A DNA stretch of 64,000 bases from Podarcis liolepis (lineage: Eukaryota). The translations under genes were made by a program, and so were the position numbers. The stretch lies in the NCBI GenBank assembly GCA_965112155.1, contig OZ218105.1. One strand, written 5' to 3'. Below are positions 63,483-64,000 of this stretch, in pieces (position 1 is the stretch's first letter; each line of letters starts with the position of its first letter). The notes below the pieces were generated by a model. The model ran no database searches, had not been told where the DNA came from, and saw only the letters and a program-made list of their open reading frames with translations.

Positions 63483-64000
63483 TTCTGACAAATGACTCAG
63501 TTACATACCACCCTTATTCTCTAATTATGCCAGATTCTTTTGGCCTTTATGGAGACTGAGTGATATTTAACTTGATATTTCAGAGGGTGTGTGAATGACA
63601 TAGAAATTGAACCAATCAAAACTCACACTAGTGAGTAGGGGATATTCCTTCTGTGGAAGGGCTTTTATGAAAGACACATGGAAAACTACACACATCTCAT
63701 CGTTTTGAACCTCTGTAGGACACAGGATCATTTGGTACTCAAGTTTTAAAACATACAGAAGTCATCCATATTGTGAAAAAATGAGCTTTTAAAAAACACC
63801 TACACAGGGCCAACCCTTGTTTAGCAAATTTCATTCCAAATGACACATCGTGTTTTAGCTTTGTGCTCTTTTCATTTTACTAAGCCACAACCAAAGACAT
63901 CAAGCCAGAGCTAGACATAAACAATAATATAAGCCACTGTAATGTCTTCCCTCCCAAAGATTTACAGGATTCAACTTCATTTTAATAGCTGGCCATGAGG

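Overview
Repeat-rich, gene-poor vertebrate DNA, almost certainly from a squamate and probably a lacertid lizard (Sauria/Squam1-type and Squam3-type SINEs, CR1/L2/L1 fragments, hAT and Tc1/mariner-pogo-type MITEs). It has one 144-N assembly gap. I recognise no host protein-coding exon, so the window is probably intergenic or deep intronic, with some TE-free blocks that may be conserved non-coding elements. The main feature is a young, internally deleted Ngaro-type tyrosine-recombinase retroelement at 20991-23359 (split direct repeats A1-[YR 3' end]-[SGNH hydrolase]-B1-A2-B2), nested in the 3' UTR of an L1 fragment. A solo A-B unit of a second, divergent Ngaro family lies on the minus strand at about 51195-51900. 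Comparing the two by eye suggests conserved base-pairing with compensatory changes: a hairpin across the B-A junction and a long stem closing repeat B. In the 21-23 kb copy, context-dependent pairing would mask the poly(A) signal in B1 but not in B2, and a consensus 3' splice site sits directly before the hydrolase ORF. A 1.33-kb retroposon with a 15-bp TSD, one ORF and no RT (HAL1-like) lies at 1407-2739. All alignments and folds were done by eye, and family names come from recall, not database searches.
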